NCBI GenBank assembly: GCA_051362555.1
Contig: CM120643.1
Span: forward strand, 1,302,001 to 1,366,000
DNA length: 64,000 bases
Source: Lingula anatina
Taxonomy: Eukaryota > Animalia > Brachiopoda
Direction: 5' to 3'
Shown: one piece after another, positions 46,601 to 59,652 of the stretch
Layout of the letters: each line of letters starts with the position of its first letter
Position numbering within the stretch: position 1 is the first letter of the stretch
The notes under the pieces: model-generated
The model's input: the letters and a program-made list of their open reading frames with translations, nothing else
Told to the model about the DNA's origin: nothing
Database searches by the model: none
Made by a program: the position numbers and the translations under genes

Positions 46601-49600
46601 TCCATCTGTTTGTCTCGTAAAAATATAAAAGACCTGAATACATTATAAAACAAACAGGTCACAAGATTCATGGGTTTATCTTCGGGATCTCATACCTCTG
46701 CTCTCCTAGAAGCCTTGCATGTTCCGAAAATTAGTTACACTATATCTAGAAATGTGGAATCACTATACCGCAGGGTAATGACCATTGACACACCATATCT
46801 TAACCTTTTAACTCATCAGCTGTCTCATTTTATGCTTAATCGTTCCATAGTGCATGGGTCGTTGCTTCAGAGGATTGTTTCTTACGGTACGAACCCGATT
46901 TTATGTCTGAGTGGGTCGGGAATCCGGAATGCTGGTCCGGGCCTGCATGCACCGGCAGGACTGGTTGATACGCTGTTATTTTTGTTAAACAGCCCCAGCT
47001 ATCAGAACAGACTCTCAAAAGAATACGTGTCGGCGGGACTGCTCTTAAAATCGTTTTAATTACTGTTTTTATTGCATTATTTTACACATATATTAATTCT
47101 TTTACTCATCTTTTAAGGTGGTTTTAGTAATAACTAAAAAAATAAATTTGCAATAAAACTTTAAGACGAGTAAAAATGATGACCGAAATGTAACTGAAAA
47201 CTTTAAAAGCGGGTTTGTGCACAGACAGTACAAATCAGAATCGTCAATAGGAGTGATAACGCATGAATTTTTGCGTAGGCGTTGACAGGAATTGCCCTTT
47301 TCTAACGGGTTTAAACCAGCGGCGGATTTGGGGGGGGGGGGGGGGGGGGGCAGGGGATCCGCCCCCCCCCCCCCTTCTTCGGTTTCTGAAAAATATTTCA
47401 CACCAATATTCCGAAATTAGAATTTGTAATAGCTATATCATAGTTCTAAACCGTACCAAAGAGAACTGTTTGCTCTCTAAATCACCAAATAATTTTGGGG
47501 CCCTTGAGCATGCCTCGAACCTAACACCAAGGGGCCGATGGTCAGCTTCGCATCCAAAACCTGTCGTTCCGGACCCTCTCCCTTCCCCTCAAATAATCCT
47601 GGATCCGCCCCTGGGTTTTGATCGGGCACAAAAATCATTTTAAGGTGGGGAAAGTAACATGATCCATGCCCGTGACTCACTAAGGCGACTTTTTTTCTCT
47701 TTTACATAAAACAGATTGATTTTACGGACGTTCAGCTTGCAGCATCAGTGAAATATGAAATAAAGTTTTATTCACTGTGATTTTTTTCATTGTTTTTATT
47801 TCCCGCGATCACTATCTCCAAGCCACACCGGAGTTAAAGAAAAAGAAGGACGTTAAGTTGTATCGTGTGCGTGTGTGAGTCTGTCCTGTTAATTCTGAGT
47901 AAAAAATGGATATGTAAAATAAACATTTCCACTCTAAATCAAACAAAGAATATCATTACAGTGTGTTAATAATTTAAGTCTATCTATCTACCTATCCATT
48001 CGTCCGTCCGTCCCTGTCTGTCTGTTTGTTCGTTTATTTTTATTAAATGATGCATCAACATATTTTCAGATTCCACCCGAACAACAAAGTGACCTATACG
48101 TTACAAATGCAGACAATGAAGCAATCTTCCCTTCGGAAGAGGGGATATTTTCGGAGGAAAATTTAAATGGTTTTATCTTCAACCTGCAGGGGTATGCCCC
48201 GGAGTCCGTAAACAGCACTGCCGGTAGTTTGATTTTACCAACTCCTACACCCCCCGTACTCTCCTTTAGGAGTAGGGGTGCATCATTTGCCAGGTGACAG
48301 CATGAATTGCATTCCTATTTCATTAAAGCAATAATAACTCTTCGTTTCGGCCAAAATAATGAATTTTCCTGGAGTAAACAACAATTTTCCCATACTTACC
48401 AATGGTTAATGAATCCATTTTTACATTCAAAGTTAGTCCCTGGTTTTTTTCTAAAAAGTTTGGTATTTTGTTAAAATCTCTTAAGAGATTTTAACAGAGT
48501 ATAGACATCAATGGAGGTCACGTGGTCTAAAGACAAGTTCAGATATCAGAATAAAAGCTATAACTGCTGTTTTTTGGTAAAACAGAATATATTATATTTC
48601 TATGAGTTATTCACAAGGTTTTTACTGTGAAATATAGATATCATACGAAGAGTTATTACCCCTTTAAGTGTTTCTTTATTGATTTACAAAAGAATGTACT
48701 GCAATTGCCTTCCATTAAAATAATAACATAATAGACATAGCCCTTTTCTGAAAGTAAAAATCAATAGAGCTGATTTCTCTTTACAGGAAGATTTATCAGG
48801 GGGTGGTTTTCGGCAAATCTTTAAGCCCTGGGGCACTGATTACTATAAATATGACGCCCGATACATGCAACGTACCTGATGTGTTAAGGATGGTGATAGA
48901 AACGGGTCACTTACCCGGAGAATACGTCCTCACTGATTCGGCAGGGTTCGAATTGACTGATACAGAAGCCACAAGAGGTAGGCCGGTCCGACCCTAATGA
49001 GATGAAGCAACTCATGAAAAGGCATAAGGGGCGAAAAAAAATGCCCAAATTCAAAAAACTTAAACAGATTTTCACTCTCATTCTATCTCTAATTCTTATT
49101 CTATCAATTTAATTCTAGCCGTCCGTCTTCCATGCTTTCCCCCGTCTTTGTTATGAAATGAAAGTCAGCTTTTCTGAGCAAATATTTTCGGTCAGTTTTT
49201 GTCAGTTTTTAATACCGATAACAATACAAGTAAGATAAATCGCTTCAAAAGTGACATTCATGATTGTAAGACTTTCATCTTTATTTCCAGCAAGTGAATT
49301 CTGGAAGTGTAACTCCAGAAAAATATACATTTTAGCAAAGAGCGATGCCCTGGCTTTAAATGCAGCGCGAACCAGTGGGCGGAGGTATAAGCTTTTCTCA
49401 TATATGAATATGTGGTCGATTTGATTAATTTTCTTTAACTACCATATATTGAACTATATATATTTATCTCGTTTAACATTAAAACAACAACAGGCACACA
49501 ATAGGGAATGAAAAATGCCACAATATCAGTACCAAAAACTGAAAGATTTTACTAGGAACACAAAAAACACATAGAGATCTAAGAAAAAAAGTGGAAAGAT

Positions 49601-50321
49601 TGTTTTAAGGCCAAAGGCACATCTGACAGAGAAACTCTGTAAATGTTACTGAAATAATGTTAATTTTAGGCGCTCTCATACCGCCGCCTTTGAAAGGTTT
49701 GAGGACACAGACCCAGTTAGAAAACTTCGCAATATTGAAACTCTGATAGAAGAATTAACCGCCAAACGGAGACAAATCCTGGTCTTGTCACCCACCCAGA
49801 TCGATAACTTCAGAGACATTTTCGGCTGCAGTATTTGCATGGGTAGGTTATATTTCGGCAACACAATTAAATATTCGTGACAACACACTTTTGTATAAAC
49901 ATATCTCTCTTTTAGCACAACTAAGTGAACTCTTTTTAATCTAGGCACAAAGTCAATTGTTTAATTATTTAATGGGCAGTCTATTTTATAGAGAAACTTC
50001 AGAGCAAAGATGCTGAGTATAATTGATTCAGATTAATTTTTGATTAAAGATCTTTTATTTTGTGTTACAGCACCTGCTTTCCCAATAATTTTTTTTCACT
50101 TAACCATTTCCTATACTTTGTTTAATTCAGGCGTACTCCGGACTCCTGTTTTCAGCAGCTGTTGTAATACCATATTAACCTGCCAGGCCTGCATTGAAAG
50201 ATGGCAAACAACCCATCAGAGGAACGCCTGCCCGAAGTGTAGGGCTTCGAGCCCTAGTTTTGTACCGGTCAGGGGCCTTGAGCCGATACTCGAGGCACTC
50301 AAGCCCATATTCGAAGACTGA
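40646..50321 (+). CDS. Transposon-borne RING-finger protein, ~321 aa; exons 40646-40738, 48070-48293, 48787-48977, 49291-49384, 49670-49842, 50131-50321
   Basis: All introns GT-AG with matching phases (0,2,1,2,1) and no stops; C-terminal CSIC-x11-CC-x5-CQAC...CPKC. Exon 1 is the least certain. Confidence 0.78.
42512..44765. repeat. Foldback/palindromic repeat built from 15-17-bp CCCCGCACCGATACT subrepeats, centred at ~43958
   Basis: Centre tataggtacgtagcc-ac-ggctacgtacctata; 43590-43957 mirrors 43960-44315 and 42770-43030 mirrors 44430-44690. Confidence 0.85.
44770..47160 (+). mobile_element. 5'-truncated, decayed LINE ORF2 (RTE/RTEX-like)
   Basis: APE end (WIDHIL, LSDHLPL), then SPGIDSVTAEH, YRPIT, LDAEKCFD, GTRQGSILSP and a *ADD (YADD destroyed by a stop); several frameshifts. 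Confidence 0.85.
47317..47613. mobile_element. Small MITE with CAG(C/G)GGCGGAT termini and G/C runs
   Basis: cagcggcggattt...ggatccgcccctg inverted ends; TSD not clean. Confidence 0.55.
48327..48663. mobile_element. Kolobok-like MITE (TTAA TSD) in intron 2 of the RING gene
   Basis: TTAA flanks and TIRs; highly similar to 29540-29877. Confidence 0.85.
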
Positions 50322-50364
50322 ATCTCCAAGATTTATTAGTTCCAGAATTGAATTACCACGACAT

Positions 50365-51083
50365 TCATACGTGAATATTCTGAAACGCAAGCTTAAAATT
50401 TCTGTACCGTTAAGCCTAGGTCCCAACCACGTTTTCCACGCACGGTTTTTAGGTTCCTTGCGTCCGGCTAGGACGTAGCAAGATCGCACGTAGCGGCTGT
50501 TGATCATGTCGAAAAGTTTCTACGTGCTGTTTGCGTCCTCCAAAAGTCTCACGATGGATGTGCTCCTCACGCACGAACTCCCACGTTTTCCCCATTTTTT
50601 TGGCCGTAGACCACACGTAGCAGCCCGTACGTTCGGGTTGGGACCTAAGCTTTACTTGATTCCCTCCCTGCGATATAGCTACGTCCTAGACGGACGCAAG
50701 GAACCTAAAAACCGTGCGTGGAAAACGTGGTTGGGACCTAGGCTTTAGCTTACGGCCAACCTGGTCGAAGGCCTTCATCAGACTGATGTGAGTAGTTGCT
50801 CACACTCACTGACCGCTAGGTGGTACAGCGGCCAGGACCTTCTTATAAATGTCAGGTAGACCCCCCCCCCCCCCCCCCCCCCCCCCACTAACTGTTGTTT
50901 TCTGACTGTATCTGTTGACTCAAAGTTGGTTGCTGTCTTGTCCTGACGAGGTCTAGGGCTTCCTGTGGTCCCAGAATGATATCCTTCACTTTACTCACAA
51001 AGTCCAATTTTGCTACTTAAAGAACTGGGTGTAAGCTAACGGTACAGAAATTTTTAGGCTTGTGTTTGAGAATTTTCATGTAT
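50365..51083 (-). mobile_element. Probable Penelope-like remnant with inverted partial pseudo-LTR and variant hammerhead
   Basis: Minus strand GLPDIYKKVL followed by CTGATGA-aggcc...ggcc-GTAA-GC-TA (50745-50788); 51031-51083 is an inverted copy of 50365-50412 + 50748-50753. Confidence 0.5.
50413..50744. mobile_element. PIF/Harbinger-type MITE (TTA TSD)
   Basis: TTA|AGCCTAGGTCCCAACCACGTTTTCCACGCACGG...CCGTGCGTGGAAAACGTGGTTGGGACCTAGGCT|TTA, near-perfect TIRs. Confidence 0.92.
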
Positions 51084-51253
51084 AATCCATACGTTGTTTA
51101 GTACACTCGGTATTTTGAAAGAAGTGCATTCATTTGCAAGAGAACAAAATTACAATAAAATATTACACACTTCAGTTATCTCTTATAAGTTCTTGAGTCA
51201 TATGAAACCGCCAAATATGTCGACTACACAATATCAACAAAGAGATCACTAAA

Positions 51254-51812
51254 TCAATTTTTGGGGGGCAATGGAATGCGTTTCCATTTCGTATTAAATG
51301 TATCTTCTTTTCCTGTCTTTATAGCACTGTATTTTTCTATTTTCTTCTTCTGACTGAGAAAATGCAGAAAGAGTTCAAAATCAAATACTAATGGATTTTC
51401 TGAATTTTTGTTTATTAATTGTTTAGCCACAATAATACAGAAATTTAAAGCTTTTGCGCACTGGTCGCTAGACAAACACCCGAACATTATAGTTTTTTTT
51501 CATTTTTTCTGAATTGAATGGTATTATTCGGAGTGTTCCACCAGTTTTCAAATGCAATCCAAAAGTTTCTTGCGCGTACACATTCCACAAAACGATGTAT
51601 TATTGTATACATCCTGGGCGAGTAACTATTTTCATTTCGAACAGTTTGGAGTTGGTGTACAGCACATTGTGAATTATTCTGTATTGCATTGCTTGTAGTT
51701 TAGTTTCTTCGACAGACTCAAATGGTATCAAGAAAGTTCCCTGCCAATCATTGTCACTTATGCCCGATTTTATAAGATTGAACACAAGTTTTAAACGAAG
51801 CTCAAAAATCAT
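51254..51812 (-). mobile_element. L1/Tx1 ORF2 C-terminal fragment (5'-truncated, frameshifted)
   Basis: ETKLQAMQYRIIHNVLYTNSKL, HRFVEC..FW, FGCL...LNFCIIVAKQLI, typical of the L1/Tx1 ORF2 C-terminus. Confidence 0.8.
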
Positions 51813-53619
51813 ACATTGATAATGACATGAGCATTAGCTTGATTTGCTAAAAACGAATTACATACGATCAGATGATTGAAATATACCGGTGGTGCCAAAC
51901 GTCTAGGCTAACAATAAATGTAAAATGCGCATCAACACAAGCAAGATAGGAACTTTTTTATCTGTATAAAGCTTAACACGCCATACATACAACCTTCCGA
52001 TCTCAAGTACCCGGTAGACGTACATGTACGAACGATTAATTAGTGGCCTATTATGGCTGGCAAATTATCTCTACCAATAATTTAAATGGCACGTTCAACT
52101 GCCACAATTGAAAATAGATGTCATAATTTTATGTCAGTTTCGTGTTCGTGCTACTGTTAATTAAGTTACCAGTTCGGTGGTTTTAGGAAATTGCCACATC
52201 GGGTCAGTCAAAATTACAGCATTGCTAATTAAAGAACTATGTGTAAAGGTCATAGATCAGAAGTTATATAATATTTCCAATGGTTAAGTGACCATGTTAA
52301 ACAATTTATAACAGTCAACGGCTATACAGATAAATTTAAAGTCAAGGAAAAGCCTAAGTTGTTCACTGGATCTTGTTTTTTTTTTCAGCAGGAATTCACA
52401 AGACGAGAGAGGGTGGCAGTGTATTATTTCACACACTCGTAGTTCACCGAAAAAAACCCCGTGAAACGTATAATGTGATGTGTATATAGACAAAAAACAT
52501 ATTCATGATATTGGTTAGAAATGGACACGAGCCAAAATCCAAAGCTGTGTACCCCAGACATACAGTTGTATGTGAATGGCCGATTAACAACAGTTAAGGC
52601 ATTAATGTAATATGAAGAGGCCGAGATATTTCACAAGGTGCATTGAATTGCGCGAATCTCATATTTTCCATATTAATCGGAAATAAAATGAAAATATATA
52701 TATATCCTAAATCTAATATTAATTTGTAGTCATTTTTCGTTTATTTAAAATATATTCAGTTAATGTGTAAAGGGGTACATGTCTACAAATAATTAAAATA
52801 ATTATAATTAGCGTTATAACATTATTAAACATCACGTTTAAATCTTCTAAAATTAACACATCATTAATATGAAAATGTCAGAGGGCATCTACATGTATTA
52901 CTAGTCTGGGTGGGAAAATATGTCCGACTTGGACATCGATACCTGTCTGCAGGACTTAGAATACTAAATAATGGGTGTCCACTGGACGTTAAATCCCAGG
53001 AAATTATGTCCTAGGACATGTGTTCCTAGGAAAGGAAGAGAGCCAGGACATGCATTCCCATTCCTAGGAATACATGTCCTACGGACATGAATTACGGCGG
53101 ACATCCATTCCCTTCACACCGGTCAACTGGCTCACCAACCTGAATAAAGGTAAACATTAAAAACTCTATTCATCACGTGAGATGTGAGCCACCTGCCATC
53201 TTAATGATTGCTATAAAAATAGATGTATAATCATTGGACTCAAAAAGAAAAGATTGTGGACTATATACAAGCATGAGGGGAATTGTGAGCTGAAACTCAG
53301 AGGTGGAACTGACGGGAAGAGAAGTGGAAGCAACGCCAGAGAGAAAGCAACTCCAAACCTAGGTAGCTGCATGCTAAGACAAAGGGGACGCATCGATCAC
53401 ATATGCGCGCAATAAAAACTGTCCATTGCAGAAGTTGGGGTAAGTATTGGCTGTACCAAGAGTCACCGTTGCAGACCACATAATCCCAGCACATGATTCT
53501 CTGTGGCCGGCCGCTACCGAAAGACAACATTTGACCACTCACACACAAAAAAGAGCAGGTCAAAAAAAGATCTTTTCAGAGGTAATTACAGCTACAAAAC
53601 CTCATAGCCATAAACAGCT

Positions 53620-56187
53620 CTAACTGTGTTGTTCCGTCAGCTCTATGAATTTCAATAGCGCATCCTGAAACGGGACGAAATGCCCGGAACAGACAGAGTT
53701 ACATAGTTGATTTAGGTCTGGAAAAGAGGAATTGAACGCAGTCTGCACTGCATCGCGCTCAGTTGGAGAAGGAAATGGGTCTCTTGCGAAGTGGGAAAAT
53801 TCTTTAAGTGTCGTCCCAGTGCGGGCACGGTATCTCTCCGCTGCAACCTCCTTGGACGGAAATCTCTGCGGGTCAGCTACAGGGGCCCATGCCTCCCTTG
53901 AAGCGATTTCATTGGGAACGCCTTTACCTGCAGTACACAAGGAAATATACAAATAAATCCGTACAATAATAGAAGTAAAAATCTGTCGCAGTGAATGTGT
54001 TGATTAGGATAAATGTTGAATCGAAACGTGTCAATTGAAATAATTATTTTTTAAGAACAAAACATTTGGCTGAAAAATGTGACCTGAATGACGCCACTGA
54101 ACTCAAAACTAACAATATATGAAGAAATCAAGATCCATTTCAATGTACCTGGTATTCTGTGCTCATTCCAGGCATCGACGACTCGCTGCACACCGATGCT
54201 GCACAAGCTGACCAATAATGTAGACATGCAATATCTGTGTACGTTGTTGTCTAAAGAAATCTTTTCTGTTTCGACAAGTTCAATCATGGCGTTTTTAAAA
54301 GGGTAATTTACCCTTTTGTTAACCTCAGGCCAAATTCTCTCAATGGTGTGGTTCTGAAATTTTAAAAAATACAGCACATGTGAGAGCTTTTCGTCGCAAA
54401 TAATGCATTTCAGAGAAGGCCGATTTGACGGGAATCTGCGGCATGAGATTTAGAGAACGTGAGATAGCGCCGCCAGCGACAGTAACAACGGTTTAAATTT
54501 TAGTCCGTTTACCCGGTGTGTGTGCGTGCGTGCGTGCGTGCGTGTGTGTGTGTGTGTCTGTGTGTGTGAGAGAGAGAGCAGATAAACCTGGTAATCATTA
54601 CTTTTATTTTTTAAGTTGTAGAATTATGGCAGCTGAATTCCACTTGAGCGAACAATTCTTCTCAATAAAATAAATAAATAATTAAATGAAATTAGTATTG
54701 CTAGTGGAAGAAGGGGTTGCAGACAACGTTAACTTAACGTACATATTTAGACGACGTTTGGAGATATGGCGTCCTTTCTTGGTTAATGCGAATATCAGCA
54801 TTTTCTTCTTGCATGAACAGGGTTAAGTAAAATTCTTTACCATGGTCCACACGGACTTGGTCAAATATTCCGTAAATTTTAACGGCAGGCCTGTAATATA
54901 AAGTTCAATATTGCATTCATACCAAACATAAGCGTAACAATCACTTTAACGTAGGACAAAAGTCTCGTGATCAATTTTTGAAATACAATATTGAGACATT
55001 TGTAACGGAAACTTTAATATATAACACTACTTACTTGTAAACTTCTTCATAAATCGTCAAATTGTTTTTGACGGCCATGGTTGCGTGGGACACGATTTTT
55101 CCACTAAAGCCATCCCGCGCTAGTACATGGGTCACTCCAAACATGACCAGCTTTTCGTTCTGGTCTATATGCATTTTATGTCTGAAATAAGCCGCCTGAT
55201 ATGGTATTGGGTTTAGGTTTTTTGAGACCTGAAATATGAATCACAAAGCTAATGAGCACATCACGCTATTCATGTCATATGTTAATTGCAGTTTCAAGTT
55301 AGTGCCAATGAATGATAATATTTTTTCACTATATAGTGCGTGAAATGAATTGGAAATCTTTATTTTGCGTAACCGCTTATATTGATATGCAATATGAATC
55401 AGTCAGAATATTTTTAATCATGAGATGAACCTGTCGCCTTTGGTGATTCGGGTTTTCCTCTCTTAAGACTTTCCCGACTCGCGTCTCCCCTGCTTTGATG
55501 CCCTTTGACCGAAGATAACCGGTCATCATCTTACGCCCATAGGTAGTTCCTACCTTTAAATAAAACACGTTCGTCGCTATTATATCATTTAAAAAACAGC
55601 ATGTTTTAAATAAACTTAAAATATGAATTAACACTATGAAGGAGACTGATTGGCCAATATTAGCAGTGGGTAGAGGACCAGTGTGAGTTTGATTTTTCAG
55701 ATGCAATAATTGAATTTTTGAATCGGCGTGGAATTCTCATGGGCGCAAAAAAATAAGCAAGCACTAGTTATGCATCTCCGTTTCTGTTATGACTTAAAGG
55801 GAAACTTTATGTCAGCTCATTACATCTTTATAAGCTTTATAAGATAGAATTTGTCTGTACTTTTATAGCAGCAGCTCCGTTTTCAGCTGTCTAATTTCAG
55901 TTTGGGAAGGGTTTTATTGATATTGTAATATGTGCACAGCCAAATACCGTTTACAGATAGCTACTTACCTCACCAATAGCTTTTGCGACTTCATTTGCCA
56001 CGACCTCTGTGGGAGTTACATAAGACCTCCGAATATTGTACTTCGAACATATTGTCTTTATGCTCCTTACAGATGCGCCTCTCAAGACTCCGTATTGGGT
56101 CTTTAGAATGCTCGAAATTTCCTCATTTGTCTTGAAATTCTTAACTAAATCTCTAATAATATCTACAAAACCTTCAATGGCAGCCAT
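53620..56187 (-). CDS. IS3/IS481-related (IS3EU-type) DDE transposase, ~398 aa; exons 56187-55969, 55553-55431, 55228-55035, 54890-54743, 54353-54149, 53927-53620
   Basis: GT-AG introns with matching phases (0,0,2,0,1) and no stops; HTH-like N-terminus (SVRSIK; YGRKMMTGYL); catalytic HIDQNEKL, VRVDHGKEF, NHTIERIW (D-38-E spacing); WNEHRIPG. Confidence 0.9.
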
Positions 56188-57270
56188 TTTTCTGCCTATA
56201 CTTCCGTTTTCTCCATTTCATCCCTTAAATGAAAATCAGAAAAACGGACTGACTTCCGTTTTTCCATTTCATCCCTAAAATGAAAATCAGAAAAACGAAC
56301 TGACTTTCGTTTTTCCATTTGAATCGAAAACGGAAAAACTAGCACTTTTCGATTCTCTCATTTCTGCACAGACAGTGAAAAAAAAGGTATTTTGTAATCT
56401 ATTCCACCTTTTCATCATTGGAAAACACGAAAACGGTCGATATTTATATTTTCTAATACGTCAGGGATCGGTCGATCTTTTATTTTGCATTATCTGGAAA
56501 AAATGAAAAAACGAGGGCAATTTCCGTTTTTCCATTTTTCATTTTAAATGGAAAAACGAAAATTGAGCTTCATTTTCCATTACATTTGGGCCATTTCCAT
56601 AAAATGAAAATGAAAAACGGCCGTTTTTTCATTTTCTGACGAAATGGAAATCACTTTGCCCCCCCATACACGGACCGTTATGTAAGGAAAGCCATAAGTG
56701 GAATACTGTCAAAAATGCCAATATGTACAATCTTTTACTAACTCTTGGTATTTAAAACAGTTTTAAGTCATTTGTCTGTTTCCATCAATGATGATAGCAA
56801 TTATTTGAACTTGATCTCCTTCATTTAAATGGATAAACCGAGCCTTTTAAATTAGTTAAAAATACTTTTTAAATATCTAAAATCATTCGAAAGTAGATGA
56901 AAAGTCATTCACAAAACCTACAAAATAAAGTTAATGAAACTTATACATAGTTTTAAATGCAGTCATCAGCTGATCAAGGTCACCACGTCACCGGAAAGGG
57001 GGTCAACAATTGCAACCTTTTTTCTACACGTTTCTATTCCTCTGGCAGCCTCACGATACTTTTTGATACATAGGATGCAGCATATTATTTTATATCATTT
57101 GAAATGTACTTTTTTGTGATGTAAAAGACATATATTTTCTCCACCACATGTATTGAACAGAGGCATAAGAACCTGAGTAAATGAATTGCCGATAAAAATG
57201 GCGATTTTCAGACACACCCTCACGATAAATTTTCCCAGAATTTTTGTAAATAATACAATGACAGCAAACA

Positions 57271-57425
57271 TCCCAGCAGGCAAAATATGTTGTTTTAACG
57301 TTGAAACAATGTTGAACCATAACGTTGAGAAGACATTGAATGTTGGATTTGAAAGTTGTGTCAACCTCAGATAACAACGTTGTATCAACGTCAGAAAACA
57401 ATGTTATATTAACCCCACCCAGTGG
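57271..57425. mobile_element. Small CCCAG...TGGG-ended element with AACGTTG subrepeats in the foldback spacer
   Basis: cccagcaggcaaaatatgttg...cccagtggg with repeated aacgttg motifs. Confidence 0.4.
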
Positions 57426-57501
57426 GAAAAAAACCTGGATATGTTTAGCAGTAGGACGTTTTTGATGGCTAAATATATGTAGGGTATAAATGTATGGCCT
57501 T

Positions 57502-57505
<4 letters not shown>

Positions 57506-57562
<57 letters not shown>
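57506..57562. repeat. (TA)n microsatellite
   Basis: Direct reading. Confidence 0.95.
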
Positions 57563-57565
<3 letters not shown>

Positions 57566-59609
57566 ATTATATTGTTTTCAAAAATCCTGTGGTAATTTAT
57601 CGTCAAGGTGTATCTGAAAATCGCCATTTTTATCGGCGATTCGTTAACTCAAATTCTTATGCCTCTATTCCATACATGTGGCAGAGCAAATATATGTCTT
57701 CTACATCACTAGTAAGTCCGTTTCAAATGCTTTAAAATGGTATGCTGTACAACATGTATCAAAAAGTATCGAGAGCCTGCCAAAGGATTTGAAACATGTA
57801 GAAAAAATTGTTGCAAATGTTGACCCCCTTTCCAGTGACGTTGTGACCTCGATCAGCTGATGGCTGTATTTAAAACTATGCATAAGTTTCATTACTTTTA
57901 TTTGTAGGTTCTGTAAATAATAATGAATTGGCAGCATTCAGTGATGATTATCATGACTTATCATCTACTTTCGAATGAATTTAGATATTTAAACAGTATT
58001 TTAACTAATTTAAAAGGCTCGGTTTATCCATTTAAACGAAGGAGATCCAGTTCAAATAATGAGGTAATCATCATTGATGGAAGAAAAAGATGACTTAAAA
58101 CTGTTTTAAATATCCAAAAAGACTTAGTAGTATTGTGTGGGTTAGTAAAAAAATTGTACATTGGCATTTGTGATAGTATTACACTTATGACTTTCCTTGC
58201 ATAACATTGTAATTATTAAAAAGTTACAGAAGAAAATTCAAATTTAGAGTAAAATGACACTCGCTTAGGTTACACTTGATAATGACAACTGTAGCTGTTT
58301 TCTTGCTACTATTTCATCTTGAAATTGATTCCATATTGCAAAATAAATTCCCTGCATTTATTTAGTACCATGTACTTGCTGCAGTCCTAGGCAAAATAAA
58401 ACCAGAATACACCTTAATTAAACCTTTTTGCCAAAGGAACCACTGTACATATCCATTATTAAACTTCGATTTTCCTCATGAAATAAAAAAAGAATCAGTC
58501 TTGATACAATAATAATGAATGTAAAATGATTTATTTATTTCATCACAATAATAACAATGATTATAACTTTAAATGCTTATTATTTTGGAAAAAAAAAGCA
58601 TGCTGAAACATTTCTCTTTTATGATGCTTGAGCACACACTCACACATACATGCACACACTTATTAGGAATTATTTTGGGTTTTGTTTTGGATAAAGAATT
58701 AATTTGCATTTCTTATTCACAATTTTTAAGGCTAAAACTAAAATTGCATGTACTATACAGTGAATTTCATTCTATTTTCAGGTAACTGAATTCTTCAATT
58801 TGAGTAAACAAAAACATCTTATAATTATGGTTTGAAGTATATCTCAGCTTATAATTAGTAATCACAGAACAAGTCGTTTTTAGGGATAATTACCACCTTT
58901 TACTTTATATTTCATTTTTTATGAGCTATCATAGATGTTTGTATAACTTTCTATGATTAAAGTGTGCAAAGTCAAGATTAATACAGGAACACTAAGGACA
59001 AACTTAAGGATTTTATAAGAATTTTGAGACTTTAATTCAATTACTTTTCAAGGACTCTGAATGCAAATGAGAACAATGTACAGTCACTCATAAGTTCACA
59101 TAACAATGAAAAAAAAACAAGAAATATATCATTTAAATTAATTTTTTACACACTAATGATGAAACATAAAAAAAATAGAAATTAAATGATGTCCAAAAAG
59201 GGTCATCTCCCTTCCTGTGAATTACTGCCTTCATGCATCCAGGTTAAAAACTATGTAAGATCAAATTCTACCACTTTTCAAGGATAAAAATGATTAAATA
59301 AACCTAAAATGACATAATTTTGGGTGTACACAGCAACAGAGTCATGTGTCATTAATGTATACTGTGTCAGACACACAAATATACACACACTACTTTAATC
59401 TTTGTCAAGATTTTTTAAGTCTCAGCTGCAGTGAAATAAAACAAGAACACGGGCACTTGTAAAGTATTTACATTTCATTTGACAACTTTTGGTGAAAAAT
59501 TCAGAAGGAAGGAATATTTTTGGTTTTCAGTGAGTGTAAATTAGTAAATATTATAAATATAAAAAATACCTGAAATTATTGAAAATGTGATTGAGTAATG
59601 AGTGATCAA

Positions 59610-59652
<43 letters not shown>

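Larger units (their letters stand above)
40188..56676. mobile_element. IS3EU-like DNA transposon with two convergent intron-containing genes
   Basis: ~75-bp TIRs GGTCCGTGTATGGGGGG..GCAAAGTGATTTCCATTT; 6-bp TSD GTTATG (40182-40187, 56677-56682); subterminal AAATGAAAAAACG-type repeats. The empty site is preserved in the opposite foldback arm (cataac, 58200-58205). Confidence 0.88.
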
